A DNA stretch of 63,725 nucleotides, filler included, from Trichomonas gallinae (GCA_008369845.1; 10 parts of 10 records of this genome joined end to end with filler, not necessarily neighbours in it); one strand, 5' to 3'. Numbered from the whole stretch's first letter, positions 51,682-63,725 are shown. The notes: a model not told the origin generated them from the sequence alone. Numbers and translations: made by a program.

Positions 51682-52615
51682 TTTGATTGTATTTTTGACA
51701 AAAATTTTAAAATTCAATAAAACCGTAACCGTTGGATTTAATATTTTTGACAATAACCGTCTGAAGCCTAATGTATTCGGATGAACATCTAACTGATTTA
51801 ACACAATATATTGGATGTATAGCATCTATTGTATTAAGGATGTCGTTTTGGAAGATAATTATGACTTTGGAAGATTAACATGAAAAATTGAGTATTTTGG
51901 AATTTTATAATGATAAAAAAAGTTGTCTCTGGTGTAACAATATAGACACATTATGTGTATTTTATTCCTTCAATATCAATGAATATAATATGAGAGTTTT
52001 GGAAATCCAAAATTGATTTAAAAAAACTATGAAAAATAAGTGTAAAAACGAGCATACTACAAATTTACAAGATCATATAAGGATTACCTTTTGTAGAGAT
52101 GTACAAACACTCACTTTTTATCTGTGAATGAATTGAGCAATGTTTTTGAGTAAATTACGAATCAAAAATCATCACTAAATAATCAATTTTCACATCTTTA
52201 CAACATGCAAATATAGATATCTCATTAAATTATTTATGAATTTGGAAATATTGCGTTATCTTAATGTAGATATCAAGAATTTGAATAGTGTTTTATTGTA
52301 ATCACTTGGATTGTTTAATTAATTCGATGAGTATAGACAATATTTCAACGAAACTAATTATCAAATTAGATGATTTGCATATATAGACAGAATTATAGGC
52401 AAAAATATGTATATAGAGACCAATATAATCATAGGAATAAAAGGGGGGAAACTCTTTTTCCACTTTTTCGATGACTTGCGTGTTCAGCAAACTTTTCTTC
52501 AGAATGAGTCGCGAGNNNNNNNNNNNNNNNNNNNNNNNNNNNNNNNNNNNNNNNNNNNNTTAATTAATTAANNNNNNNNNNNNNNNNNNNNNNNNNNNNN
52601 NNNNNNNNNNNNNNN

Positions 52616-52891
52616 TGCGGCTACAGACTACAAGTCATTGTCCAGGACGAATTAAACATAGATGAGATCATGGACAAAATACTGGAATTTTGCCAAACTG
52701 TTGTCCAAGAGGCAATACTTGACTTTGAGAGGGGAGATTCTATAATGTTGCCAGTTTGCGAGCGCATTCCTAAATTGCTTGTTTCACTCGATGCTGAAAT
52801 TAATAGTTTAAATATTAAAGGTTATACAATTGGAATTGAAAACTTAGAGAATGTGATGCTTCGCATGATTGCAGATGGTGATCAATATTAG
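52616..52891 (+). CDS. C-terminal fragment of an ABCA-type transporter (5' end lost in gap)
   Basis: Frame open from the gap: CGYRLQV...IKGYTIGIENLENVMLRMI*, resembling the post-NBD region of ABCA proteins. Confidence 0.6.
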   Translation, partial: CGYRLQVIVQDELNIDEIMDKILEFCQTVVQEAILDFERGDSIMLPVCERIPKLLVSLDAEINSLNIKGYTIGIENLENVMLRMIADGDQY

Positions 52892-53501
52892 AAAATTTCA
52901 TTGTCAAGTAATAGTTTTTATCATGGTATTGCAGCGCATGAAAATACATTTTTAAAGCTTGAAATAAAGGTACAAGCACCGAATTTTTGATATTAATCAA
53001 AACTTCACCAGTATAATTTCAATTTCTATTAGAGTAGGTGGTGAAGTCATTCAAACTCGATGATTATCATTTCGAGTAAGTGCCCCTAACAACCTTAATT
53101 TGAACCTTGTCCTTAACTATCTTGAATTTTTTTTGTAAATAAATGACCTATATACATGTATTAAATATTTCGAGGATTGCAAACCTTACTAAAAATCGAC
53201 ATTTACATGTCAGAAGATGATATAAAAATTTTTACATGACAGATTCCAGTTTTTGAAATATTTACAATATAAAATGTAAGGAAATTTTTATCGAAAAACA
53301 CATTTTTATCAATGATTTTTTACCGTGATCCAAAAATTTTAGGCTGACGATTATTTTCAATTCAAAATTTCGATATAAAATAAAAATTATCATAAATAAT
53401 ATATGTGTTACACTATCAGCATTAATATTTTAAAATATGCTTTCACGCCCATAAGTGTTTGCAATATATCAAATTTCATGCAAGAGCAAAGTGAGCAAAA
53501 A

Positions 53502-54742
53502 ATGGGCAAGATAACATTTTGGAATTCCACATGGAACTGGATTAAGCTTGATCTCAAGATGAGAATGAAATCTCCATTCATTATCCTATGCATTTTATGC
53601 TCACTTTCTTCATTATTTTCAAATATATCTGATCAAGTGTCGACGGCCCAAAAAGTCAATGCACGAGTTGGCGCCCTCGCAAATACGAATATAGAAAGTG
53701 TTTTAACAACGAAAAATGAATCCATTTATGTCATTGCACATGATGAATGGGATAAAAACATTATACAGAGCGCATTCACTGACTATAAAAACACATCTTT
53801 CCACTTTATTGATAGTTTGGAGAATAACATTGTTGCAATATTAAATTCGATCATTATACCAAGGATAAATTCGGCCAGAAATCATTCTAAATTTGACTTG
53901 ACTTACTTTTACACAAGTGCAAATCTTAATCTTACGAATGCAATTGTTCATGCATATGATAACTCAACGACAGACTTTAATTTGACTGTCAACAACGGTT
54001 TGTACTCTATGCCAGCATATTATATCGCTCGTACTCTTTTTTGGGGCGAATGGATTTTTCCTGCATGTTATTTCTTCCTGATTGTATCCCATCTATATCC
54101 ATTGTCAAGATGGATGCATAGCAAGCAACTTGTTTTGCTTAATGTCGCAGGAGTAAGTGATCATGTAATTTGGCTTGGTTTTGTTCTCATTGATCATGTT
54201 TACTGCATCATAACGTCATTTTTATTCTCTATTTTTGAGTACACGCACACGAAAATCAGAGAACAATGTAATTTTTTACTAATCTTCTTATTCTTCTTAT
54301 TTGCAAGTTTTGCAATGTACTTCTCGGCGATTTTTATGGCTCCAATCTTCAACAGGCCCGGCAGAGTAAGATTTTTCATCTTTGTTTATGTTGCATTAAT
54401 TACGTTGGGGTGGATTCTTCCTTCTGTTTTGCACATTAATATTAAATTCAATTGTTATCTTTATACATCTGCCATCATTCATAATTTTTATAGTAATTTA
54501 TACTTTACTCTACAAAACAATGAAACATTGACATTCACAAATCCAGGATATGCAGTTTTGTTTTCCACACCACAGCTCTTTGGTTTGGTCTTTTTCCAAA
54601 TTTTTATATTTGTTTTCTTTTTAACTGTCTTCACGCTATTCATTCCGAAAGAATGGGGTTTGGCACCAATAGATATAAGAAAGGCCTTCAAAACAATCAC
54701 ATGGCAAAGATTTTTCAGGAGATCAAAATATTTTGAAGAAGA
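53502..54742 (+). CDS. N-terminal transmembrane half of an ABCA-like transporter (3' end lost in gap)
   Basis: One N-terminal TM, an N-glycosylation-site-rich loop, then multiple TMs with LNVAGVSDHVIWLG; runs into the gap; start could be 53403, 53478 or 53502. Confidence 0.65.
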
Positions 54743-54844
54743 NNNNNNNNNNNNNNNNNNNNNNNNNNNNNNNNNNNNNNNNNNNNTTAATTAATTAANN
54801 NNNNNNNNNNNNNNNNNNNNNNNNNNNNNNNNNNNNNNNNNNAA

Positions 54845-55747
54845 ATCAATGCAGGTGTTTCTGGAAAACTTTTCAGACCAGTGCCTCCTCAACATGCTAC
54901 AACACAAGAAGAAATCCAACAGTATCCAATTATTCCAACTGTTTCAATTCCCAAGTTAGAAGTTCCGCGTACTCAAGTTTGCTCAAACTCATTTCCAGAA
55001 TATTTCGATGGTTTTGGATTAAAAAACCTAGGAGCAACTTGCCATGTCAATGTTTGTATTCAGTTGTTATATCACATCTCTGAAATCAGAAACATTATTC
55101 TTGAAGATGGAGCAAATGCACAAAATGGCATGCAAGAAATTTCTACTCTCTTTCAATTGATTACAAAAAATCAAGTTTTCAATCCAGAGGGTGTTGTTGC
55201 TGCTCTTGGAAAAGAATTCTACCAAGCTCAAGATTGTGATGATACACTTACGGCATTGATTAACTTATGTTCTCCAAGGCTTGCAAATTTATTCCGTGTT
55301 ACATATGTTGAAGGTGACGAACAATATTCAACATATTCTGTTCATACTCGTATGGGTGAACAAAGCCTTGATAATGCTTTAAGAACTTTTATAAATGAGA
55401 CTGAAAATCAGTCATTTTCCAGGTTTCTTTGTTTTGACATTCAAAAGGAATGGACAAAAGAAAGTTACGAGAAAATTCCATTTTCATTCAGAACTACAAT
55501 TACAATTCAACAAGGCAAATCTAAGCATAAATTCGGTCTTGTCGCAATCATTGCCTATCATGCGTTCCACTATGCTATTTTTTTGAACAAAGGAAAGCTA
55601 TGGCTCATGGTTGACGATGAAATCACATATTGCGTGCAAAATGCATTAATCAACGGACTTTTTGGCGGAACTCATGGCCCAAAACTTTGGGATCAAACAG
55701 GTGGAAGATTTTGGACTGCCAAAATGTTAATTTATAAGAAACACTAA
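54845..55747 (+). CDS. Ubiquitin-specific protease (C19)-like catalytic domain, 5'-truncated by gap
   Basis: Cys box GLKNLGATCHVNVCIQLLY, QD, His box LVAIIAYHAFHYAIF...WLMVDD. Confidence 0.75.
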   Translation: MNAGVSGKLFRPVPPQHATTQEEIQQYPIIPTVSIPKLEVPRTQVCSNSFPEYFDGFGLKNLGATCHVNVCIQLLYHISEIRNIILEDGANAQNGMQEISTLFQLITKNQVFNPEGVVAALGKEFYQAQDCDDTLTALINLCSPRLANLFRVTYVEGDEQYSTYSVHTRMGEQSLDNALRTFINETENQSFSRFLCFDIQKEWTKESYEKIPFSFRTTITIQQGKSKHKFGLVAIIAYHAFHYAIFLNKGKLWLMVDDEITYCVQNALINGLFGGTHGPKLWDQTGGRFWTAKMLIYKKH

Positions 55748-56348
55748 TTTCTTTTATCCTATATATTTTTTATCAATCGAATCATAAAAAAAACTTCTTT
55801 TTTCGTTTTATGCTCAATAATCAGTAATGACCAATTTTGTTGGTAGGCTAATTACATATTCAATAAAAATTCAATGAAATTGGCAAATTCAAAATTCAAT
55901 TTTATATAAAAATTTTTGTTACAATCTAGTTTAAAAAAAAATCACATTTTATGTGTAATGTTATTATGTGTTGAAAAATCAAGGGAATGTTAATTCCAAA
56001 TCAATTGTTAGTTTTGATGTTGTTTATGATTGGTCATTACAATTACGGAGCTGTTAATTCATTGTTTTAAATCGTATATATATATTCTTGAGCATTCAAT
56101 TTTGAATTAAAACGGTTATAATTATATCATGAAAAAAAAGATGCTTAAAATGATTCAAAATTGAAGGCGCAAGAATAAAAATATATTTTTATATATATAT
56201 AACTGATTATTTACATCTCTTGTAATAAACAATGTTTTCTATAAAAATTTTAGAATAATCAGATAAGAAACATACAGAAAACAATTTGATATCCTGCAAT
56301 ATAACATTCTCTAACAATCTATGTTGAAAAAATGGTTTTTTTTTATGA

Positions 56349-56450
56349 ACTAGTTGTAGTAAGGTTGCCCTTATTTATTTAAGGTTACTTTGCAAGAGTA
56401 GGTGTCCTCTGATGGCAAGCGACTCATTCAATAGGAACCATTAAAACTTC
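56349..56450 (+). repeat. Copy B of dispersed ~100-nt intergenic element
   Basis: Homologous to 12835-12937 (66/90 ungapped identities by manual count). Confidence 0.75.
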
Positions 56451-57740
56451 CGTTCAGACTGAATGAAAACTATTTAATTTTGATAACAAACAATATTCCG
56501 GAAAAGAATGAAAATCTTTATTCGAAATCAGCAAAATAGTTTCCAAGTTAGACTACAAATGCTCGAAAAATCTCAGCTGATATTTTAATAAGCGAGTTAC
56601 CTTATCGATTCTTCAAATTAAAAAAAAAATATTTCTCGATCCAAAAAAAATTTGAATTCACAAGTTTTCAGATCTCTACTACCAATAAATTAATGCACCA
56701 AGCATATCGACAAACATTTACATACCGAAACTAACTCAAAAAAAAAAAAAAAAAAAAAAATCCACCCAATTAGCAAGAATTGCTTGTCATGTAAGCATCA
56801 CTGCAACTTCAACATACCAAATAATCCATACTAAGGTATTTGTGAATACATAACTACTATTCAGCTTCATTAGATCAAAATTTTTAATCATTTTTGAAGT
56901 TTTTATGATAATATTGCTTGTTGTCAGAAAATCCGCAAATTCCCTGCTTCAGAATAGAATGAGACCTGAATACATATTTTTTTGCATCATATGACTAATT
57001 TCAAATTGATCATCTTAACCTTACAAATTCAGTAAAATTTACATACTTAAATGTTGTTTTATACTTATTCTGAGGTTGATGTGCTGTGATTGCAATAATA
57101 TCTCGCCTAAATTTTTGTAATTAGTTCAGATCTTCATCTTTCAGAGGAAATAATAATTCAAAATAATATACCTATTCCAAACTACATATTATGCTAATAT
57201 ATACTGTATTTGTTTTATTGTTCTAAATAAATTCCTTTCATGAGAAAAAAATTGGACTAGTAGCTTCCCTAAGACTTTTAATAATGTAGGCATATCTGCC
57301 TCTTATCATTAATTTAATACACTATCTCTTCATTGAACTATCGATAGCTTCTTGATAGTAACAATTATTTTAACATAAGTTGGATACTATTAAATTTTAT
57401 AATTATGAAACGACAGAAATGACAAACAAAGGAAGTCGAATGGTTTACAGCTTACTTGCGTTTTTTTTTTAAATGAAATAAATAATATAGGTCATTACTA
57501 TGATAACAATTTGAATAGGAAACTATTCGTGTTTTAGAAATTTCGTATTCCAATTCACTATTCCAATTCCAAATTCCAAATTGAAATTGCAGGGTCTTCC
57601 CCCTACTTTCCCCTATTATGGAATTCGGAATACCCGGCNNNNNNNNNNNNNNNNNNNNNNNNNNNNNNNNNNNNNNNNNNNNTTAATTAATTAANNNNNN
57701 NNNNNNNNNNNNNNNNNNNNNNNNNNNNNNNNNNNNNNCA

Positions 57741-58001
57741 AACTGCACAGAATATGCAGCTAACTGCAGCTGTCAGTCATGCGCAGATGGATCTACAACT
57801 AACATTGATGGCAAATGCCTCACTAATCTGGATAATTGCGCAACATATGAATCTGATGGCACTTGTGATGCATGCACAGATGGATTTGAAAAGATAAATA
57901 ATGTCTGTGTTGAAGCCATTAAAACCTATGAACCCAAGTTTGTCAAAAAATCAGTAAGTGGAATCATCTTACTCGGTCATTTCTATTTTTGTGATATTTG
58001 A
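57741..58001 (+). CDS. C-terminal fragment of a Cys-rich (CXXC / furin-like repeat) protein
   Basis: Frame open from the gap: NCTEYAANCSCQSCADG...CLTNLDNCATYESDGTCDACTDGF...VC...GIILLGHFYFCDI*. Confidence 0.7.
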   Translation, partial: NCTEYAANCSCQSCADGSTTNIDGKCLTNLDNCATYESDGTCDACTDGFEKINNVCVEAIKTYEPKFVKKSVSGIILLGHFYFCDI

Positions 58002-59203
58002 ATACAGTGATTTAAATATATCATGCTATATCAATTCAATTTTTATCTATCATAATAATTAATTATAAATATACATACCTGACCAAGCAATTTTAGTTGC
58101 GTTGGGATGGCACTTTTCTCAATAAAAGTGACAACTTGGGCAAAGGTGACAAAATTTTTGACACAAAAATTTTAATGTGGCAGAGTGTCAAATTATTCAC
58201 TTTTATTATTAACACAACAGCCTAGTTGTTGATAAAGTCCTTTATTATGAAATCCGGTTCAATTGTATAAGGATATCAATCTTACATATTCATAATGAGT
58301 ATGTTGTTGTCATTGAGGCTACAATTATTAAGTAGATAAGTATACAAGATGTTCGACGTTATTATTGTAAGTCGAATTCTTTAAAGAAAATAATTTCAAA
58401 AAATTAAGTCTAAATTTTGTTGTATAAGCATCATCACTCTGCAATATTGTTGTTTTTACTCGTTAAATAGTGATTCTGGCTCTCATTGATGAATTGATAA
58501 TCATTATGCAGCCATTGGATCTATTTGAAGTAAAGTCAACCATAGTGCGTGAATACACATGCTGAAAGCGTATTCACTATACGTATAAGCGAACATTTCA
58601 TAGTTGATCTTTCATTCTGAAGAAATGGGAAGTATTGCGTTCCTACTGAAGATTTGTAATATTAAAATTCATAAGTAGAGACAGACTTACGATTTTCTCA
58701 GATCTGATAATATGTAAAAATATTATCGGCAAAATGGAAGCACAAGCAATCATCCTGCCGCTACTTTGATCAATTTATGTGGGATAGTAGGCTGTTAATC
58801 ATTATTGAGATGTTTTGATGATTGATTTTGATGAAGCAAGCTGTTTTTCTTCAGGTATTGATTACTCCATACCTCAAGGCAATGCGATAATGCATGCAAT
58901 GATGCAGCTATAATTATGAAGCATCATAATTATTACTTTTCGGTTTAAAATATTTTGAGAATTTAACTTCCTTTATATATGATGCTTATTAAAATATATA
59001 GTCAGAAGAAAAAATGGCAAACACGGGATAAATAGGCAAACGCTACCTTAGAAGCATAATAGAGCCTCCAAACTCAACATGTTATTTGTACACATCATTC
59101 TCTNNNNNNNNNNNNNNNNNNNNNNNNNNNNNNNNNNNNNNNNNNNNTTAATTAATTAANNNNNNNNNNNNNNNNNNNNNNNNNNNNNNNNNNNNNNNNN
59201 NNN

Positions 59204-59340
59204 CAAGATTCTTGTCAGCTCTCATACTCAACACGTGTGATAAACTCAGTGATTCATTGCATTTGTTAAGGATGAGAGCTGACGCAAGAGCATCACTGGC
59301 TCATTACACTCGTTGAGACTGAGAGCTGACCAAAATCGTG
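59204..59340. repeat. Long imperfect inverted repeat built from ~47-nt units
   Basis: 59204-59260 pairs with 59284-59340; GTCAGCTCTCA at 59214 and its complement TGAGAGCTGAC at 59273-59283 and 59320-59330. Confidence 0.8.
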
Positions 59341-59621
59341 TTCTTTAAGATAACACAATATTCAATATTGATTCAATCGATTTTTGAATACTCCCCCCAG
59401 TTTTTGAAAAATGACATGTAATAATTTACATGACAACCAAATTTTCATGTCACTTTTAATAATGTAATTCTTTCAAATTTTGATAGTTAAATCTGACAAT
59501 CTAATATTGTAAAATTTCCCTATTTGACAGCTAAAACAGCTAGTTCGTAGTAATCGATTTTTTCCATGATTACTAAGATAGCCAAGTTCATTGCTTCATC
59601 TAAAATGTTTTGAATTTATTC

Positions 59622-60040
59622 TATCAGAAGCAAGTTTCAAAACTGTATTATGATATCTGTTTTTTGCATTGACATCTATTCCAGGAACTGTGAGAAGCAA
59701 TTTAACAATTTCATGTTAATTTAAAATGAAGCCCAAAGCAAAGCTGTAAAGCTATTATTGTCTTTTGCGTTGATATCAATACCAGAAACTGTGAGAAGAA
59801 GTTTGACAATTTCATGATGACCAAAATATAAATCCAAATGCAAAGCTGCTTCGTTGTCTTTACTTTTGCATTGATACCTATTCCAGGAAATGTGACAAAG
59901 AGTTTGACAACTTCATTATGAAGTCTGACTGAAGCCAAAATCAATGCTGTATTGTTGAAATCATTTTTTGCATTGAAACATGAGAAGGAGCTTGACAACT
60001 TTAAAATGACCATTTCATGAAGCAAGAATCAAAGTTGTAT
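59622..60040 (-). pseudogene. Ankyrin-repeat pseudogene (about 5 repeats)
   Basis: TLILAS*NGHFKVVKLLL; NTALILASVRLHNEVVKLFVTFPGIGINAK; GHHEIVKLLLTVSGIDINAKD..TALLWASF*; HEIVKLLLTVPGIDVNAK, across frameshifts. Confidence 0.85.
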
Positions 60041-60281
60041 TGTTCTGGATAAATAATCCAAGAAAGTATCATTAGCTCCATTTGTGACATCACAATATTT
60101 CTATTTCATAGCATCAGAATCGTTTTCCATTGTGATATGATTGAGTGCATAATATATTAAATCGAACTTTTTGGCTTTTTCTTTACCTTTTTCAGCGCAT
60201 TAATATTATGGCTACCTAAATGTAAAAAAAAAAAAATATTGGTTAACAAGTGAAATTTTCTTATTTTTTAACATGAAAAAC

Positions 60282-60678
60282 AGCATGAACAGTGGTGACT
60301 CTCGCTGCTGAGATTCTGAGTGGACTGCAGTAAACATCATCCTTTCCTATTGAGTGTCAGAACCTGATTGTGTCTGGATCGTAGCCTTACTCACCGCAAA
60401 TGCCCATAGTCAGATCTATATTCGTTTTCCTTTCGCGTTCAGTCGCAATCTTCATTAACTTTCCGATGCCTTTGTCGATCGTCCGGAATGGATTTGTCTG
60501 GAATATTCTGCGGTTCCTGTATTGGAATGAATCCGGCTTCATCTCTGCTGTATCCAAATCAGAGATACGTCAAGTCGTTTGCGGCCGCGATTGGTGCTGC
60601 ACTTGGACCTTCGATCATAGTTCTGTATTTGATCTGAGTGTTCTTCATTTAGCGCTCCATGAGGACACTATCAATCTC
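60282..60678 (-). pseudogene. PPDK: Pyruvate, phosphate dikinase (PPDK) C-terminal pseudogene fragment
   Basis: TMIEGPSAA, NDLTYL*FGYSRDEAG, frameshift, NPFRTIDKGIGKL, MGICGE*GYDP (GICGE* at 60387-60404), VYCSPLRISAAR; collinear with PPDK TMIE/NDLTQ..FG.SRDD/GICGEHGGDP/VSCSPFR. Confidence 0.88.
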
Positions 60679-61040
60679 CTTGTTGTATATGAAATCTATT
60701 CCTAAAGAAATACAAGGTTTTAAAGTAATTCTTCAAAGTTAAAAAATGAAAAATTAAAAAATAGAGCGAAATTTTGTGATAAGGGATGAAAAAAATCAAA
60801 AATGAAAGATCTATACAAGACATGATATAGAATAAACTAGGTGAGGTGAAAACGAGAAAAAAGAAAAAATGAGCGATGACTGGACTTTAAATTGTTTATT
60901 CAACTTATTGTGTGTGTTATGTAATCTCAAAGGTCGCAGTNNNNNNNNNNNNNNNNNNNNNNNNNNNNNNNNNNNNNNNNNNNNTTAATTAATTAANNNN
61001 NNNNNNNNNNNNNNNNNNNNNNNNNNNNNNNNNNNNNNNN

Positions 61041-62581
61041 CTGTAAACGTGCTGGAGCTTCGACTGAGCTGAGAGGGAAGAGTTGCATGCAATCTTGTCA
61101 ATCTGTGTAGAAAGAGCTGGCTCGAACTCTGTTGTTGAGAAGGCGATTGAAGGCAAAACATCCTCCTCTGTGAGTTCCTTCTTGAGTGCAGCGCGCTGTT
61201 GCATGTCTGTGATGTCAGCCTGGAGCTTGTTCGCCTTGGCAGTGAGCTCGTTGTTTTCTTCTGTGAGAACTGCGATCTTGGAGGAAAGGTCAGCGTTTGC
61301 GTGGGAAAGCTTCTCCTTCTCGAGGTTCTGCTCGTAACACTGTTGCTTCAAGTTCTCAACTGTCTTCTCAAAGTTCATGATTGTTGCCTTGACCTTCTGC
61401 TGCTCGCGGCGGCGCTGGATCTCAGCCTTCTTGTCGCGGGCTTCCTCCTTAGCATGAAGAGCTCTGCGGATGGACTCTATCTCGTTGACTGTCTCCTGGT
61501 GGACGGCTTTGAGAGCAGCAAGTTCGCGCTCTGCTTTGTCGTTTTGGACTGTGAGCTCGCCGATGCGTGTCTCTGAGACCTTGTTCTGCTCTTGGGCGGC
61601 TTTGAGCTTGGAGTTGACGTCTTCGAGCTGTTTGTTGAGTTCGCCGATTCTAGACAAGTACTGATCGCTGACGACTTCGATATCAGCGGCCTTTTGTGCT
61701 GCAACCTTTGGCTGCTCGACCTGCTGAGGCTGTGGCTGGACGACAACTGCTTTAGGAACAACCTGCGGAACGACAACTTGTGGCTGCTGGACAATAACTT
61801 GTGGTGCTTGTGGAACAGCCTTTGGTGTCTCCTTCTTTGGTGCAGCCTTTGTCTGGGCTGTGGCAAGCTTGGACTCGAGCTGGGAGATCTTGCGCTTGAG
61901 ATCTCTTGTAATTTGAGAATGTTCCTCATTAAGTTGTGAAATCTTGGAATTCAAGCTGTTGATTTCGGCTTTGTGCTGTGCATCAGCGCGATCTGCAGCC
62001 TTGCCAGCTAAATCTAACTTGCTAACGAGATCCTTATTTGCTAAGACTTCAGCCTTAAGCTGTTGCTTAATTGTTTTGATCTTCTTCTCGTATTCCTGAG
62101 AGCGTTCATCTTGAGCTGGGTAGAATAATGCTGTTGCGGCAAAAGATTTTTGATTTTCTTGTGGCGGCTGGACGATAAAACCTTGAGAAGCCTGCCTCTC
62201 AAAGAATGCAGCGAGTTCATCAAGTCCTGAGAACTCCTGGTTCAAATAATGTGTAGCGTTTTCAATCATTTTATCGATTCTACCCTGAAGAGTCTTTTGG
62301 TTGATTTCTAACTGCTCAGCAGCTGCTTTTGAGGCCTGGAGCTGCTCGTAGAGGGCATCATTTTGTGCCTGGAACAATTTCTTCGTTTTTTCCATCTCCT
62401 TCTGCATAGCAGCGACATCAGCTTCTCTCTGGGCGTTCATTGTCTGCCTTTCCTCTGTAACCTTCTTTGTAGCCTCATTTTGGGCGAGTGTTGTAATCTC
62501 GAGGCGTCTTTGTAAATCTTGCTTCTGATTGTTAAGCTCGCGAATTTGCTTCTTGAGTTCTTCGTTCTCCTTATGAATGTC
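61041..62581 (-). CDS. Internal fragment of a long coiled-coil protein (both ends in gaps)
   Basis: Frame open across the whole contig (47 codons upstream of the ORF-track Met); heptad-rich E/K/Q/A sequence with a PQV-rich linker. Confidence 0.8.
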
Positions 62582-62683
62582 NNNNNNNNNNNNNNNNNNN
62601 NNNNNNNNNNNNNNNNNNNNNNNNNTTAATTAATTAANNNNNNNNNNNNNNNNNNNNNNNNNNNNNNNNNNNNNNNNNNNNAT

Positions 62684-62980
62684 GAGAAATACAAAGTTCT
62701 TGAGCCATACAACGGTCCACCTGAACCAACTGAGCAACCAGACAATACAGGAGGATCTGAAAATAAATCAACTGTTGGAGATGACTTACAATCTCCAGAA
62801 ATAACTGTTTCTGAAAACAAGAATCAGGAATGGTTAAAATACATTTACATCACTTTGGGTGTTGTTTGCGCCATCGTTATTATTGTAGTTGTGGCAATTG
62901 TCATCTATAAATGCCACAACAAACAAGCTGATAATGAAGCAAGTTCTGAACAAGACCCTCCTGCTGGATTCGTTGTCTAA
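62684..62980 (+). CDS. C-terminal fragment of a type I membrane (surface) protein
   Basis: P/E/T-rich stalk, TM YIYITLGVVCAIVIIVVVAIVIY, short acidic cytoplasmic tail ending GFVV*; stop overlaps TAAA. Confidence 0.75.
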   Translation, partial: EKYKVLEPYNGPPEPTEQPDNTGGSENKSTVGDDLQSPEITVSENKNQEWLKYIYITLGVVCAIVIIVVVAIVIYKCHNKQADNEASSEQDPPAGFVV

Positions 62981-63725
62981 AATTACTTTCATCCATGTTT
63001 AATATTCACTAGTCTGAATCAACAATATTTTTATAACAGAATAAAAATATTTTATTAAAGAGTGATAGAAATTTGCTGTCTGTGAGATATGATGCTTAGT
63101 ATAGTGAAGAAGAATAATGACGATTAATCGTGAGAATATTGCTCCGTATTTTTTCTAAAGACACTGAGATTTTAGAATATTATCCTATCTATTTCCCAAA
63201 TCATCAATGTATATCAACTCTAAGATACTTACATCAAGACATCTAAATATAAATACTACTGGTTGAAAAATCGTGCCACATGGAGAGGCATATTTAGTAG
63301 TCGCTAAAAATGCATAAATGACCTATAAAACGTTTACTATCAAATTATTAAGATTCTTTGGAAATTGCTATCTTTGACGACAAGGGACATTAATAAGTTG
63401 CCTCGAGAATCGATGAAAAATGCATACAAATGAGAATATGATTGGTTTTTACAAGTAGTTTCTAGACTGTACAAGCTATGAAGTGTTTTGAAAAATAAAA
63501 TTATTTTACGTCCAAATGATTGGGAAAATTTACAATGTATAATTTATGCTCAATAACTATAGCAAAATCTCATACTATACATTACTGCTAGTAATCTCTT
63601 TTCTGACATAAGTCGGGTCTGAAACGAAAGGTCACATAATGGTACCAAAAAATGTGCTACCAGTTAACACTTATCAATTATTGGTACTTATATTCATATT
63701 TAACAGTTTTCGAAAATTATTTTAT

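Noticed and set aside
56738..56760. A23 run as a retroposon tail
   Set aside because: No target-site duplication or recognisable body; A/T runs are common in this window
57541..57638. ATTCCA iterations and GC-rich contig end as the start of an RNA gene
   Set aside because: Truncated by the gap; too little sequence to assign
58430..58930. Coding-like decayed region with a small GTGAATAC/GTATTCAC hairpin
   Set aside because: Many stops and no recognisable family; hairpin is short
26202..60678. Stop-codon reassignment (TGA/TAA/TAG inside homologous frames)
   Set aside because: The affected regions mostly also contain frameshifts, and intact genes end in TAA, TGA and TAG, so these are pseudogenes
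60400..60705. 101-aa plus-strand ORF
   Set aside because: Antisense shadow of the PPDK pseudogene
15398..62681. TTAATTAATTAA repeated nine times within N runs
   Set aside because: Artificial six-frame-stop linker used to join contigs; not biological, and it makes cross-gap gene neighbourhoods unreliable

Overview
AT-rich, apparently intron-less eukaryotic DNA from a trichomonad (Parabasalia, Trichomonas-like). The assignment is inferred from hydrogenosomal ASCT and [FeFe]-hydrogenase with short ML...FA presequences, Inr/M2/M3/M5-type promoter motifs, and stop codons overlapping TAAA; the species was not determined. The window consists of 10 contigs joined by nine artificial 100-nt linkers (44 N + TTAATTAATTAA + 44 N), so gene order across the gaps cannot be trusted. 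Recognisable genes: Cdc25, DDX55/Spb4-like helicase, an RCC1 protein, RPL37, PITP, ASCT, a DDB1-like protein, a beta-helix/double-RING protein, ATG18/WIPI, CK2-alpha, an LRR-ADP-ribosylglycohydrolase, ABCA and USP fragments, and tRNA-Gly(GCC). Main points of interest: (1) the 789-aa 'hypothetical' ORF aligns by eye with Mediator Med13 (MedPIWI) and is unusually compact; (2) a Mei2-like two-RRM protein lacking RRM3; (3) two copies of a ~90-100-nt intergenic element with a covarying hairpin and an 18-codon antisense ORF; (4) two other inverted-repeat/structured elements and a 43-bp minisatellite; (5) many pseudogenes missed by the ORF track (hydrogenase, PPDK, cysteine synthase, ankyrin, F5/8C, papain-like). 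All homology calls come from manual motif recognition; no searches were run.
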